Shown in pieces: positions 1 to 12,727 of a DNA stretch of 64,000 nt. Location of the stretch: the NCBI GenBank assembly GCA_964016885.1, contig OZ024740.1, positions 245,706,001 through 245,770,000 on the forward strand. The letters run 5' to 3'. Under the pieces are notes generated by a model. It did not search any database. It was not told the origin of the DNA and saw only the letters and a program-made list of their open reading frames with translations. The DNA is from Eledone cirrhosa (Eukaryota). Position 1 is the stretch's first letter. Each line of letters begins with the position of its first letter. Position numbers and translations under genes: made by a program.

Positions 1-25
1 CTGGAATCTCATATGGTTGACAACC
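1..25 (-). CDS. CTSB: Cathepsin B, fifth coding exon (partial, runs off the window)
   Basis: ACAG acceptor ending at 26, then GGT TGT CAA CCA TAT GAG ATT CCA = GCQPYEIP, the motif preceding the occluding loop; phase 0 matches the previous donor. Confidence 0.9.
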
Positions 26-1359
26 CTGTCAAGATATTGAAGAGAAATACAAAAAATATACATCACAAAAGGCATGGCTGTGTGGTTAAGAAATATGCTT
101 AACACCTACATAGTTATGAGCTCAATCTTGATTCTGAGATGCACACAGAAAGAGAAGAGAAAGAGAAGAATCAATCCCAGTACTTAACTGGTACAGTATT
201 TATCAATGGTCTCTCCTCATAAGGATGGGAGTCAACATTAACCTCAGCAGGATTTGAACTCACAATGCAGAGAGCCAAAACAAATATCGCAAGACAACCT
301 CCCTAGTGTTGGTGATCTATACGATAAATATGCCCAGTACATTCTGTAACATGATTGGTGACAGGAAGAGCATCCAGCTGTAGAAAATCTGCTAAACAAA
401 AGAGGACTTTTCAACTGTGACAAAGATATAACAACCTTCCTAGTGCACTTGGTATAGTATGGGAACATATGTAAGCAAGATGTAGGCCCTAGGCCCATCT
501 GAGAGGTCAGTAGCAACGCTTGAATATTGACTCTGTCTGTGAATTCATCCAACCTTTGCTAGCAGGGAAGACAGGTGTTAAATGATGATGATTCTATTCA
601 AAGTTTTAACAACTCTGCCATTTCACTGCTTACTGATACTCAATTTATCAAACCAGAGCAGGGTTAGTGAATGCTAAAGTTAATACTGACAGGATTTGAA
701 TTCAAAACATAAAGGGATGAAACTAACTACTCTTTTTGATACTCCACTGTCTTTGTTGAATATTGATGATGCTGTTGTTTAACCCCAGGTCCTATGATGA
801 ATAGTTCTGCAGCTAAAACAATCCTGTTTCATTTTTTCTTTTTGCTTAGAAGTACATAAGTCTACATTATCTTATAAGTCATTTCCTTATTAATGATAGA
901 AATTTGGCTATTATTTCCAGTAGGTTAAGCAACCATGTAGAGGCTCTCTTATTAACTGAAAGGTATTTACTTATTTTAACAGCCTTGTAAGGATGAAAGG
1001 CAAATCTTTACATCCGTGGGATTTGAAACTAGAATATAAAGGGCCATAACTATTAAGATATCTTACACACCTGTTTGTGTGAGTAAGAAAGAAACAAACG
1101 AACAGAGACTACACTGAGAAGAAAGAGACTCTCTTTAGCCTTATTGGGGGTAAGACAACCTTTCTCATGCTTGTCTACTCTACCAGGGATGACATAGGGA
1201 CTAAACAATGACCACCACCATAACTGTTGATATACAGGAATAGCACTGATTTTCTGCCCATTGATGGCCTGACACCTCTCTTAATCCTTTTGATTCTAAA
1301 CCATCTGGAACTGCCCTGCATACATGATACAAAACTGATAATTTTAAAAACATTATATA

Positions 1360-1502
1360 CGAGGGTCAGCTGAAAAGTTCATAGGCTGACAAAATTACTC
1401 TCATGGAATGACCAAATAAGCTATTAATATGAGTTGAAATTAATGCATGCAATATTTCACACTCCATCATAGTTAGCCTATGAACTTTTCAGCTGTCCCT
1501 TG
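1360..1502. mobile_element. Tc1/mariner-like MITE
   Basis: TA-CGAGGGTCAGCTGAAAAGTTCATAGGCT ... AGCCTATGAACTTTTCAGCTGTCCCTTG, inverted termini of about 28 bp; right TA decayed. Confidence 0.7.
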
Positions 1503-1511
1503 TGTATATAT

Positions 1512-1568
<57 letters not shown>

Positions 1569-1579
1569 GATAGATATAG

Positions 1580-1610
<31 letters not shown>

Positions 1611-1617
1611 TATATAT

Positions 1618-1654
<37 letters not shown>

Positions 1655-2519
1655 GATAGATATATATATATATACATACATACATACATACACACATATT
1701 TATATATATACGGAATGAAAGTAACCTAAGGGCAGCAGTAATGAACTCCCTCCTGCATCAATAGCCAGCCAATGCAGGCTGGATATAGAAAGTGAAGCAA
1801 CAATTCCAGTGCCCCAGCATGGCCTCAGCCAGATGGCTGGAACAGGTAAAAGAGTAAAGAGTAAGAGTATATAATACTGAAACAAAGTTATCAAATAGAA
1901 TCTTCAGTCGTTTTCTCACTGACTCAATAATTTAATTAAGTCAGTATCATTAAGACACCAACCAAAGGAAAACAGTGGATATTTATATGTTAAATAGTGA
2001 GAAAAATGATTTCTTCAAACATGACATCTATACTCTTGAATGTAATATAAATATGCTCCTAAATATCTACACTGACGATCTTTGATTGACTATTGAACTG
2101 CACTAAATATTAGTGAAACATATTTCAAAAGTAATAGAGTCATATGTACGAAGGAATATAAATAATTTTTGCCAGGTATCTATATTTGAATATTTTGTTA
2201 AATTTTAATATGTTCCTTACAGAGCTATGTGTTTTACAATCTCTACGGATTATCTCCTGTCAAAATTAAATTTGATATGTTATTTTATATATGTATGTCA
2301 TTCGATATATATGTATATATACTGTATATCAATCAATATTTTATAATAAATGCTTGGATTTATTTCTTGGAATCCTTCTTTGAGCTTCTCCTTCAGGTGA
2401 TAGGGTGCATGTTTGAGATTTTCTCAAACCTGACACCTATACTTTTGAATGCAATATATCATCATCATCATTTTACGTCCGCTTTTCCCTGCTTGCAAGG
2501 GTGGGACTATATATATCTT

Positions 2520-2970
2520 CTTAGTCTTAGGTTCTTCCACGCCTTTCAGTGCATCAAGGAGTATATAGTTGCCAACGATCATGATCAGCAGTGGCTTTTT
2601 CTCATCTGTGCCAAGTGATGTTGACTGCCATCAGATCTTTTTGGAACATTCGTCGCCAGGTGATCCTGGGACAACCCCGCTTCCGTTTGCCGCCAGGTTG
2701 AGTCCAGTTCATCACCATTTTCGAGTGTAGACACAAATATGGCCAGCCAGATGGCTCCGTGAGCATCCTCGACTCGGCTCTCTGCAGGGTTTCCTTGTTT
2801 CGCACTCAGTCATGCCAGGACACACAAAGGATCCTTCGCAGGCACGGCTGGTGGAATGCGTTTCAGCTGTCTCGCCATCTTTGCCGTGCTCTTCCAAGTT
2901 TCGCTCGCGTAAAGCACTGTCGGCAGCACGATGCTATTGTACAGGAACAGCTTGATCCTGGGGCTGATGC
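2520..2970 (-). mobile_element. RTE-type LINE 3' fragment
   Basis: Minus-strand peptide KMVMNWTQPGGKRKRGCPRITWRR resembles the RTE ORF C-terminus; frameshifted. Confidence 0.65.
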
Positions 2971-3105
2971 ATGAAGATTAAGTGAGAGAGAGAGATACAA
3001 TTGGCTTTTTTGCAGCTTCAACAAATTCTTTTAAGATTTTGACCAGAAGAAATAAAAAACAACAATCCAAAGTCTGCAGTGAAATGTAACTAGGGAGAGT
3101 TTTAC

Positions 3106-3190
3106 CTTTTTGCTGTTATATGGCCCACCAGTGACAATGCCTGTATATTCAAAATAGTCCCAAGCACTAGAAGGGTACCCACCATTACAC
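3106..3190 (-). CDS. CTSB: Cathepsin B, fourth coding exon
   Basis: TTTTGCAG acceptor ending 3191; G+CNGGYPSSAWDYFEYTGIVTGGPYNSKK (85 nt) completes the phase-2 codon; GT donor at 3105. Confidence 0.95.
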
Positions 3191-3308
3191 CTGCAAAATT
3201 ATGAAAAAATGATTTCATTAGTTGCTATTTGTTTTGTTATTCTGTTAAATCACCACAGCACTACTTTCACAGAATTATTGTTTCTCTTCATCATCTTCTC
3301 CAACATGT

Positions 3309-6300
3309 ATACAACAGTGAAAGACTATCTTGGGTCATACCACAGAGAACGACTGTCTTGGGTCATACAACAGTGAAAGACTGTCTTGGGTCATACAACA
3401 GAGAACAACTGTCTTGGGTCATACAACAGTGAAAGACTGTCTTGGGTCATACAACAGAGAACAACTGTCTTGGGTCATACAACAGTGAAAGACTATCTTG
3501 GGTCATACCACAGAGAACGACTGTCTTGGGTCATACAACAGTGAAAGACTGTCTTGGGTCATACAACAGTGAAAGACTGTCTTGGGTCATACAACAGAGA
3601 ACAACTGTCTTGGGTCATACAACAGTGAAAGACTGTCTTGGGTCATACAACAGAGAACAACTGTCTTGGGTCATACAACAGTGAAAGACTATCTTGGGTC
3701 ATACCACAGAGAACGACTGTCTTGGGTCATACAACAGTGAAAGACTGTCTTGGGTCATACAACAGAGAACAACTGTCTTGGGTTATACAACAGTGAAAGA
3801 CTGTCTTGGGTCATACAACAGTGAAAGACTGTCTTGGGTCATACAACAGTGAAAGACTATCTTGGGTCATACCACAGAGAACGACTGTCTTGGGTCATAC
3901 AACAGTGAAAGACTGTCTTGGGTCATACAACAGAGAACAACTGTCTTGGGTTATACAACAGTGAAAGACTGTCTTGGGTCATACAACAGTGAAAGACTGT
4001 CTTGGGTCATACAACAGAGAACAACTGTCTTGGATCATACAACAGTGAAAGACTGTCTTGGGTCATACAACAGTGAAAGACTGTCTTGGATCATACAACA
4101 GAGAACAACTGTCTTGGGTTTTACAACAGTGAAAGACTGTCTTGGGTCATACAACAGTGAAAGACTGTCTTGGGTCATACAACAGTGAAAGACTGTCTTG
4201 GATCATACAACAGAGAACAACTGTCTTGGGTTTTACAACAGTGAAAGACTGTCTTGGGTTATACAACAGTGAAAGACTATCTTGGGTTATACAACAGTGA
4301 AAGACTGTCTTGGATCATACAACAGTGAAAGACTGTCTTGGATCATACAACAGAGAACGACTGTCTTGGGTTTTACAACAGTGAAAGACTGTCTTGGGTC
4401 ATACAACAGTGAAAGACTGTCTTGGGTTATACAACAGTGAAAGACTGTCTGGGTTTTACAACAGTGAAAGACTGTCTTGGGTCATACAACAGTGAAAGAC
4501 TGTCTTGGGTCATACAACAGTGAAAGACTGTCTTGGGTCATACAACAGTGAAAGACTGTCTTGGATCATACAACAGTGAAAGACTATCTTGGGTCATACA
4601 ACAGTGAAAGACTGTCTTGGGTCATACAACAGTGAAAGACTCTCTTGGGTCATACAACAGTGAAAGACTCTCTTGGATCATACAACAGTGAAAGACTGTC
4701 TTGGATCATACAACAGTGAAAGACTATCTTGGGTCATACAACAGAGAACGACTGTCTTGGGTCATACAACAGTGAAAGACTGTCTTGGGTTATACAACAG
4801 TGAAAGACTGTCTTGGGTCATACAACAGTGAAAGACTGTCTTGGGTTATACAACAGTGAAAGACTGTCTGGGTTTTACAACAGTGAAAGACTGTCTTGGG
4901 TCATACAACAGTGAAAGACTGTCTTGGGTCATACAACAGTGAAAGACTGTCTTGGGTCATACAACAGTGAAAGACTGTCTTGGGTCATACAACAGTGAAA
5001 GACTCTCTTGGGTCATACAACAGTGAAAGACTGTCTTGGATCATACAACAGTGAAAGACTATCTTGGGTCATACAACAGTGAAAGACTCTCTTGGGTCAT
5101 ACAACAGTGAAAGACTGTCTTGGGTCATACAACAGAGATCGACTGTCTTGGGTCATACAACAGTGAAAGACTGTCTTGGGTCATACAACAGTGAAAGACT
5201 GTCTTGGGTCATACAACAGTGAAAGACTCTTTTGGGTCATACAACAGTGAAAGACTGTCTTGGATCATACAACAGTGAAAGACTGTCTTGGGTCATACAA
5301 CAGTGACAGACTATCTTGGGTCATACAACAGAGAACGACTGTCTTGGGTCATACAACAGTGAAAGACTGTCTTGGGTCATACAACAGTGAAAGACTGTCT
5401 TGGGTTATACAACAGTGAAAGACTGTCTTGGATCATACAACAGTGAAAGACTATCTTGGGTCATACAACAGGGAAAGACTGTCTTGGATCATACAACAGT
5501 GAAAGACTATCTTGGGTCATACAACAGGGAAAGACTGTCTTGGGTCATACAACAGTGAAAGACTGTCTTGGATCATACAACAGAGAACAACTGTCTTGGA
5601 TCATACAACAGTGAAAGACTGTCTTGGGTCATACAACAGTGAAAGACTGTCTTGGGTCATACAACAGTGAAAGACTATCTTGGGTCATACAACAGTGAAA
5701 GACTATCTTGGGTCATACAACAGGGAAAGACTGTCTTGGGTCATACAACAGTGAAAAACTGTCTTGGATCATACAACAGAGAACAACTGTCTTGGATCAT
5801 ACAACAGTGAAAGACTGTCTTGGGTCATACAACAGTGAAAGACTGTCTTGGGTCATACAACAGTGAAAGACTGTCTTGGATCATACAACAGTGAAAGACT
5901 ATCTTGGGTCATACAACAGTGAAAGACTATCTTGGGTCATACAACAGGGAAAGACTGTCTTGGGTCATACAACAGTGAAAGACTGTCTTGGATCATACAA
6001 CAGTGAAAGACTGTCTTGGGTCATACAACAGTGAAAGACTGTCTTGGGTTATACAACAGTGAAAGACTGTCTTGGGTCATACAACAGTGAAAGACTGTCT
6101 TGGGTCATACAACAGTGAAAGACTGTCTTGGATCATACAACCGAGAACGACTGTCTTGGGTCATACAACAGGGAAAGACTGTCTTGAGTCATACAACAGT
6201 GAAAGACTATCTTGGGTCATACAACAGTGAAAGACTGTCTTGGGTCATACAACAGTGAAAGACTGTCTTGGGTCATACAACAGTGAAAGACTATCTTGGG

Positions 6301-7357
6301 TCATACAACAGTGAAAGACTATCTTGGGTTATACAACAGTGAAAGACTGTCTTGGGTCATACAACAGTGAAAGACTGTCTTGGATCATACAACCGAGAAC
6401 GACTGTCTTGGGTCATACAACAGGGAAAGACTGTCTTGAGTCATACAACAGTGAAAGACTGTCTTGGGTCATACAACAGAGAACAACTGTCTTGGGTCAT
6501 ACAACAGTGAAAGACTGTCTTGGGTCATACAACAGTGAAAGACTGTCTTGGGTTATACAACAGTGAAAAACTGTCTGGGTTTTACAACAGTGAAAGACTG
6601 TCTTGGGTCATACAACAGTGAAAGACTGTCTTGGGTCATACAACAGTGAAAGACTGTCTTGGGTCATACAACAGAGAACGACTGTCTTGGGTCATACAAC
6701 AGTGAAAGACTGTCTTGGGTCATACAACAGTGAAAGACTGTCTTGGGTCATACAACAGTGAAAGACTCTTTTGGGTCATACAACAGTGAAAGACTGTCTT
6801 GGATCATACAACAGTGAAAGACTGTCTTGGGTTTTACAACAGTGAAAGACTGTCTTGGGTCATACAACAGTGAAAGACTGTCTTGGGTCATACAACAGTG
6901 AAAGACTGTCTTGGGTTATACAACAGTGAAAGACTGTCTTGGGTCATACAACAGTGAAAGACTGTCTTGGGTTATACAACAGTGAAAGACTATCTTGGGT
7001 CATACAACAGTGAAAGACTGTCTTGGGTCATACAACAGTGAAAGACTGTCTTGGGTCATACAACAGAGAAAGACTGTCTTGGGTTATACAACAGTGAAAG
7101 ACTATCTTGGGTCATACAACAGTGAAAGACTGTCTTGGGTCATACAACAGTGAAAGACTGTCTTGGGTCATACAACAGTGAAAGACTGTCTTGGGTCATA
7201 CAACAGTGAAAGACTGTCTTGGGTCATACAACAGTGAAAGACTGTCTTGGGTTATACAACAGTGAAAGACTATCTTGGGTCATACAACAGTGAAAGACTG
7301 TCTGGGTCATACAACAGTGAAAGACTGTCTTGGGTCATACAACAGTGAAAGACTATC
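3309..7357. repeat. 28-bp minisatellite array, about 145 units, intronic
   Basis: Unit GTCTTGGGTCATACAACAGTGAAAGACT with variants (AGAGAACAACT, GGATC, GGTTA and a 27-bp deletion form). No unique spacers. Confidence 0.98.
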
Positions 7358-7496
7358 CTCACCTATATACAATTTGCTAAATATACATTATATACACAAT
7401 AAGAAAAAAAAAAGATCTAATGCATAGATGCAGAAAGCAACAAAGATATCCTTTCTCTTACATATACCACAGCAATAAGAAAATGATTGATCTTAC

Positions 7497-7612
7497 CCCA
7501 TACCACAATCTTTACAGCAAGCCATTAAATTTTCAATAGAAAGGTGAGCATTTATGCTACCCTTTGAGTGGATACATATTCTATCTGTCATGGCCTCAAC
7601 AGCAGCAGTGGC
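7497..7612 (-). CDS. CTSB: Cathepsin B, third coding exon
   Basis: CAG acceptor ending 7613; ATAAVEAMTDRICIHSKGSINAHLSIENLMACCKDCGM+GG (116 nt, phase 2). DRICIH and CC..CG.G are typical of cathepsin B; GTAAG donor at 7496. Not in the ORF track. Confidence 0.95.
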
Positions 7613-8512
7613 CTGTAACAAACAGAATAGAATGTTGGTCATCAAATCTTATTTAGGGCTATATTTTGAATAAGCTCTAAATACCTTCCTTTGGAATTCT
7701 CTCTTTGACCTTGTTTTTCCTACAGCCCTCAACTTGCAGCTGTTTAAGAGGAAAACTAACAGTATAGGTTTCACTATAAGGGCTATGGTTGTAAGGGGTT
7801 AACTACAAAGGCTATGGTTGCAGCGCCCCTTATTCCAGACTAATCATCAGCATTGTTTTTACACCTATTTTTCCATGGTATCATGAGGTGGAAAATACTT
7901 TATTGGGGACGTATTCTATAGCCAGATGCCTTTCTTGATGCTAATCTATATTTGTTTTTAAGTAGGGTATTCATTCATCTGATTTACGCACATCAAATCA
8001 CTGAATTCTGAAAGATAAACAAAAGTTACCAGCTGCCTAAATGCTGTCAATGCAAATAAAAACACTGAGACGAATACACATGTATGCATCACACTCATTG
8101 TAGGTCCCCTTCGGTCATGAATGACCATGGTTTTTGCACTTGGAAAGTTCCCCTCTGAGGCACAAGCCTGGGCAAAGTGCGTTTGTGGAAGACCAGCAGT
8201 TGCCCATGCATGCCAGTCTCCCCTCTCCATACCACCGATGTGGCTGTTTCAATATCAAGTCACTTTTTGTCTGGCTGGCACCTTGCTCCAACCATATTGC
8301 CTGTCTAGCCTGCAGCAGGTTGTCTTGTAGAAACTTCCAATTATTCTCTATGTTATATCTATCTGTATCCTCCTTGCACAGAGGTCTTTTATTTTCTATA
8401 CAGTCCTTCTCTTGAATATTGTTTCTGATTCCATTGGATTTTTAATCTTCTGCTGGTACAAGTAACTAGTTTATGTTGAGTGGTGCATTCTTCTATGGGA
8501 AATGACATATTA

Positions 8513-10557
8513 CACTGGTGAACACACTTTTTGCTGACTTAGGTTTTGTTATTGTTTTTAGCTAATTTTAAGGTTCTGATTTCAAATATGGCATCCATTT
8601 TTTCCTAACGCGTCCTTATTTTATTATGCACTGTAAGAATAATATAATTTACTTAAGATAGATTACTAAATCTTATAGCTTGAAACCCTAAATTATAATG
8701 TCAATAGAATCTGATATGGTAGATGAAATATAAGATAACATCACCTTTTATTAAATACATCTTGTTAATTCTCAAATAAAATGGATAAAGCACAAACCAA
8801 CACATTTATGGAACAAATTTTCGCTTATGAGAGCAGCTTGAGTGTTTCATGTCTACACAGTCTCTTTGAATACTCCAACAGTAGTCTGCCATCATGTGTG
8901 TGTTCCATCTACCTTATATCTCTCTTCCATAACCTTGATATCTTAATGGAAGCGTTTGCCATGCTCATCGCTCACATCTCCCAAATTAGCAGGAAATTCA
9001 TCGAAATGAATCTTTATGCTCGTGCTGCAGCCTAAAAGATGAAAACTATCAAGCAATGTCTCCACCAAATCCTTGTAATTTGTAGCCATATTTGCTGCCC
9101 CAAAATCCTTTCACAACAGAGACAAATGAATCTCATGTTCTTTTTTCTAAGTTTTAGCATTTCATTAACTTTCTGATTTGTGTCCCATTAAAAACAGCAG
9201 CCTGTATTTTATCATAACTTAGGCCAGATAATGTTGTACAACCCATGTCATTAGTCCTAGTTTAATATGAAGGGGTGGGAAGATGATTCTCTCGCCCAAC
9301 AAGGGGTTGGTATATAATATTCTTCTCCCCAACAGTGAAACTTTTCCTAACTGACCAATGCCTCTGTTCCTAATGCTTGTCTTTCGCTCGGCTATCCCAT
9401 AAACACAGGAAACATGGATATTTTGTATACCCTCCTTGTTGGCCAAGTAAAAAGTTGAGAATTTTCAGATCCATACATATGTCCCATTTGTGTCCATCAT
9501 ACTTGAGTAAATCTAATACAGTTTTTATGTTTTCATGCTTCTCTTTTAAGTGCACAGAGTGTCCAATAGGAATTACACCTAACAAGTTTCCATTATGGAG
9601 TAATACACATTTAGACTCTTCTTTGAACTATCTATAAAGAGTCTCCATTCATGAGGATCATACTGTAAAGCAACCAACACTTTTAACAGTGCCGCCATGT
9701 TACAACAGTAAACAAAATATTTTTCAGTTTTAAAGAATGCCTAGAGATCTTTTTCCATTTCTATAAAACGTTACATTTGTTTCTTTCTGCAACATATTCT
9801 TCTCTTTAAGTCTAGAAGCTAACAGTTGTGATAACTCTTTTGACAGGCCTACGTCTCTAACTAAATCATTCAGTTCTACCTGGTTAAAGTTTTCACGTTC
9901 CTTGGTTGCTGTTTCTACAAAGTCTGTATCACTGTAAGGTTCATGATTTTCATCTGATACATATATCACTTTCATCTTCCAGTGAAGGTAATTTTATGTA
10001 AACGGGTACTGGTACTTCATCTGAGTGGAGCACGGGAGGAATTGCTGAATCCAGATTTGGGTAACTTATTTTCCATCAAGTTTTCTTGCTATAACCATAA
10101 GCCTTTGTGAGTCAAAAGTAACAATCTTCTGCATGGTTCTTTGGCTCCCGCCATACCACAGAAATGCCAAATACTAGTTGTTTCCTTGTGCTCTTTGTCC
10201 ATTGGCGTAGATTTTCGACACATGGTTTACATATATTGTGTGGGACCCACGATTTATCCTGATCACAAGTTTAAGCTTCAAGTAAGCCAAGTATGCTCTT
10301 TTCATAAATTCTCTAATGTTCATTCTTTCACTTGGGACTCTAAAGCTAACGTATATATAGCAAAAAGAGTCAGGGGAATGCAAACATTTTCTTCGTAATG
10401 AAGCCATGCTACTGAATACTAATGTCATTTCTTAAAATCAATCTGATGTGATAGGAAAAAAGTGTTGTCATTTTAAAACTCAGCGGCTCCAAATTACTCA
10501 AGAACAGATCTCAAACTTAGGTCAGCAGAAAAAAAGACAAAATTTTGTTGACTAGTA
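8513..10557 (-). mobile_element. Chapaev3-like (CMC) DNA transposon, full span, decayed transposase
   Basis: TTA target duplication (8510-8512, 10558-10560); CACTGGTGAACA.../...TGTTGACTAGTA termini with imperfect subterminal inverted repeats; minus-strand fragments CLHSPDSFCYI, FNQVELNDLVRDVGLSKE, DLKILNFLLGQQGGYTKYPCFLCLWDSR and PPLHIKLGLM. Family assignment is from recalled motifs. Confidence 0.75.
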
Positions 10558-11339
10558 TTAGTCACAAACATCTGTCAATTCATTTTCTAATGAACATGAA
10601 GTCAATCTGGCTTACATCATCATCTTATTTATGTCAGGTTTTCCATGCTTGCAAGTCTTCTTCAGCACAATGTCCCATCACTTGTTTCTTTTCTTTATCG
10701 CTACCTGTGTGAGGTTCACCATCCTGAAATCTACTTTCACCACTTGTTGTTAACTACCTCTATGAACCTGCCACATTTTTATACAAAACATATGAGCAAG
10801 ATGCAATTATCCAGCCATGTCTTGTTTCAGACTGTTATGACCAGTTCAACCTATGCCAGCATGGAAAATAAATGTAAAATGATGATAGCAGTAGTGTGTG
10901 TGTTTGGTAATATTTTATGTTGAATTGATACAAAGAAAATCTGTAGTATTTTTGAATACCCTTAAGTCTTGCCAATTATAAAATATATGCTGATTTTTTT
11001 CTTTATTAATTTCTCATGAATATTTTTCTTACAACCTCTTCAAATGAGAGACAATTGTTGCAAATGATTTATGGCTCTTCTCACTTTGTTTATTGCATTG
11101 CTAAGTTTTTCCAAGCACTTGTGCATATTGTTATGCTATTTTGTATGTATGTGAGTGTACATATTCATCTGTGTAGAGTTGTATGTAATGTTCATGCATA
11201 TATGTATGCATGAGTTTGTGTGTGCACATGTTTGTAAGTGTGTGCATGTGTATTTAACACTCAGAACAACGAAAAAGAAATATCACAAAATTACATAAAA
11301 CAATTGACAAAAATTTAGTGAGATAAGTATTTTACTTAC

Positions 11340-11549
11340 CCAACAAGAGCCACAATTTCCTTGATCCCTGACTTCCTTAAGAGAAGGACAGAAAGACCAG
11401 TTATCACGTGAATCAAATGAATCAGGAAGAGGACCACCCATCACAAGTTTTGATGGTCGCACTGGTTTACGATGTTTGTAGGCATCAGGTAAAACACCCA
11501 ACAGTCTTTTGATGTCTTTCAAGTCAGCCCAGCCAAAGTTATCTTGAGC
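11340..11549 (-). CDS. CTSB: Cathepsin B, second coding exon (propeptide end, mature N-terminus, catalytic Cys)
   Basis: AG acceptor 11551-11550; 70 codons [19 protein letters not shown]...[30 protein letters not shown], containing the papain-family QGxCGSCW motif; GTAAGT donor at 11339. Confidence 0.96.
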
Positions 11550-11642
11550 CTAGAGTTGAAGATAAAAGACAACTTTAGAAATATGATTTTTTTTTCTTTC
11601 CTACTAATGTATTTCTTATGGTTAAATTCAAACTAACAATAA

Positions 11643-12680
11643 TAATTGTTTCTATTTTTTGGCACAAGGCCAGCAATTATCCCAGTGCATTACTGGTACT
11701 TTATTTTATCGACCCCGTAAGGATGAAAGGCAAATTTAACCTCAGTGGAATTTGAACTCAGACCATAAGGGGCATAACTCTATGCTGCAAAGCATGGCGT
11801 CCGACCCTCTACCGATACTGCCAATCCAAATGATTTTTAGTTAGGCACAAGGCCAGAACTTTTGAAGGGAAGAAATCGATTACATTGGCTCCAGTGCTCT
11901 ATTTCATTGACCTCAGCTACAAAGCATTTTAGTCAACAATTTAACAAATCTGCATATCTACAATAATAGAAATAATAATGTTTTCTAACATAGGTACAAG
12001 GCTAGATATTGGGGATGGGGTGAACAGTCAAACAGTGAATGTGAGTGGCCAAGTGAATAGGCTGTTAGGATCATGAGCATAAGGTCATAAGTTTGACTCC
12101 TGAATTAGGCTCATGTTGTGTCTTTGAGCAAGTTACTTTATTTCACACTGCTCCAGTTCATCCAGTTGAAAAAATGAGTACCAGCATTAAATCGGAGTTG
12201 TCCTTGCAATAGACTGACATCCTGTCCAAAGGGACATCATATACTTTCAGTCACTTAACACCAATGGGACTAGGACAAGCTTCATTCAGATGGGTCTCTG
12301 GACTTTGGACAGATTTATATTGACATCAGTATTTCACTGGTATTTTATTTTATCGATTCTGAGAGAATGAAAGGCAAAGTTAACATCAGCATGATTTAAA
12401 CTCAGAACACAGAGAGCCAAATCAAATACTGCAAGGCATTCTATCTGATGCTTTGAATGACTCTGCCAATTCAATGCTCATTTTAATAAGGCACAAAGAT
12501 TTATTGGAAGGAAAACAGTTGATTATATCAACCCCTAGTACTTAACAGGTATTTTATTTTACCAACCCTGAAAGGATGAAAGGCAAAGTCAAATTCAATT
12601 AGATTTGAACTCTGAATGTAAAGAGCCTGAACAAAAACTGCAAAGTATTTTCTTTGACACCCTAATGATTCTACAAATTT
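11643..12680. mobile_element. Cluster of tRNA-derived SINEs
   Basis: Several minus-strand copies of the GAGTTCAAATTCC..CTTTGCCTTTCATCCT..GGGGTCGATAAAATAAAGTACCAG..GGCCTTGTGCC family (11643-11830, 12320-12480, 12485-12680), plus one plus-strand SINE of another family (about 12040-12310). Confidence 0.8.
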
Positions 12681-12727
12681 GCTACAACAACAACCACTAC
12701 TACTACTACTACTAATAATAATAATAA

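Noticed and set aside
3309-7357. CRISPR-like array, or repeat-protein ORFs (HTTVKDCLGSYNSERLSWV)
   Set aside because: Contiguous 28-bp units with no unique spacers and no cas genes, inside a eukaryotic intron; the ORFs arise from the non-triplet period.
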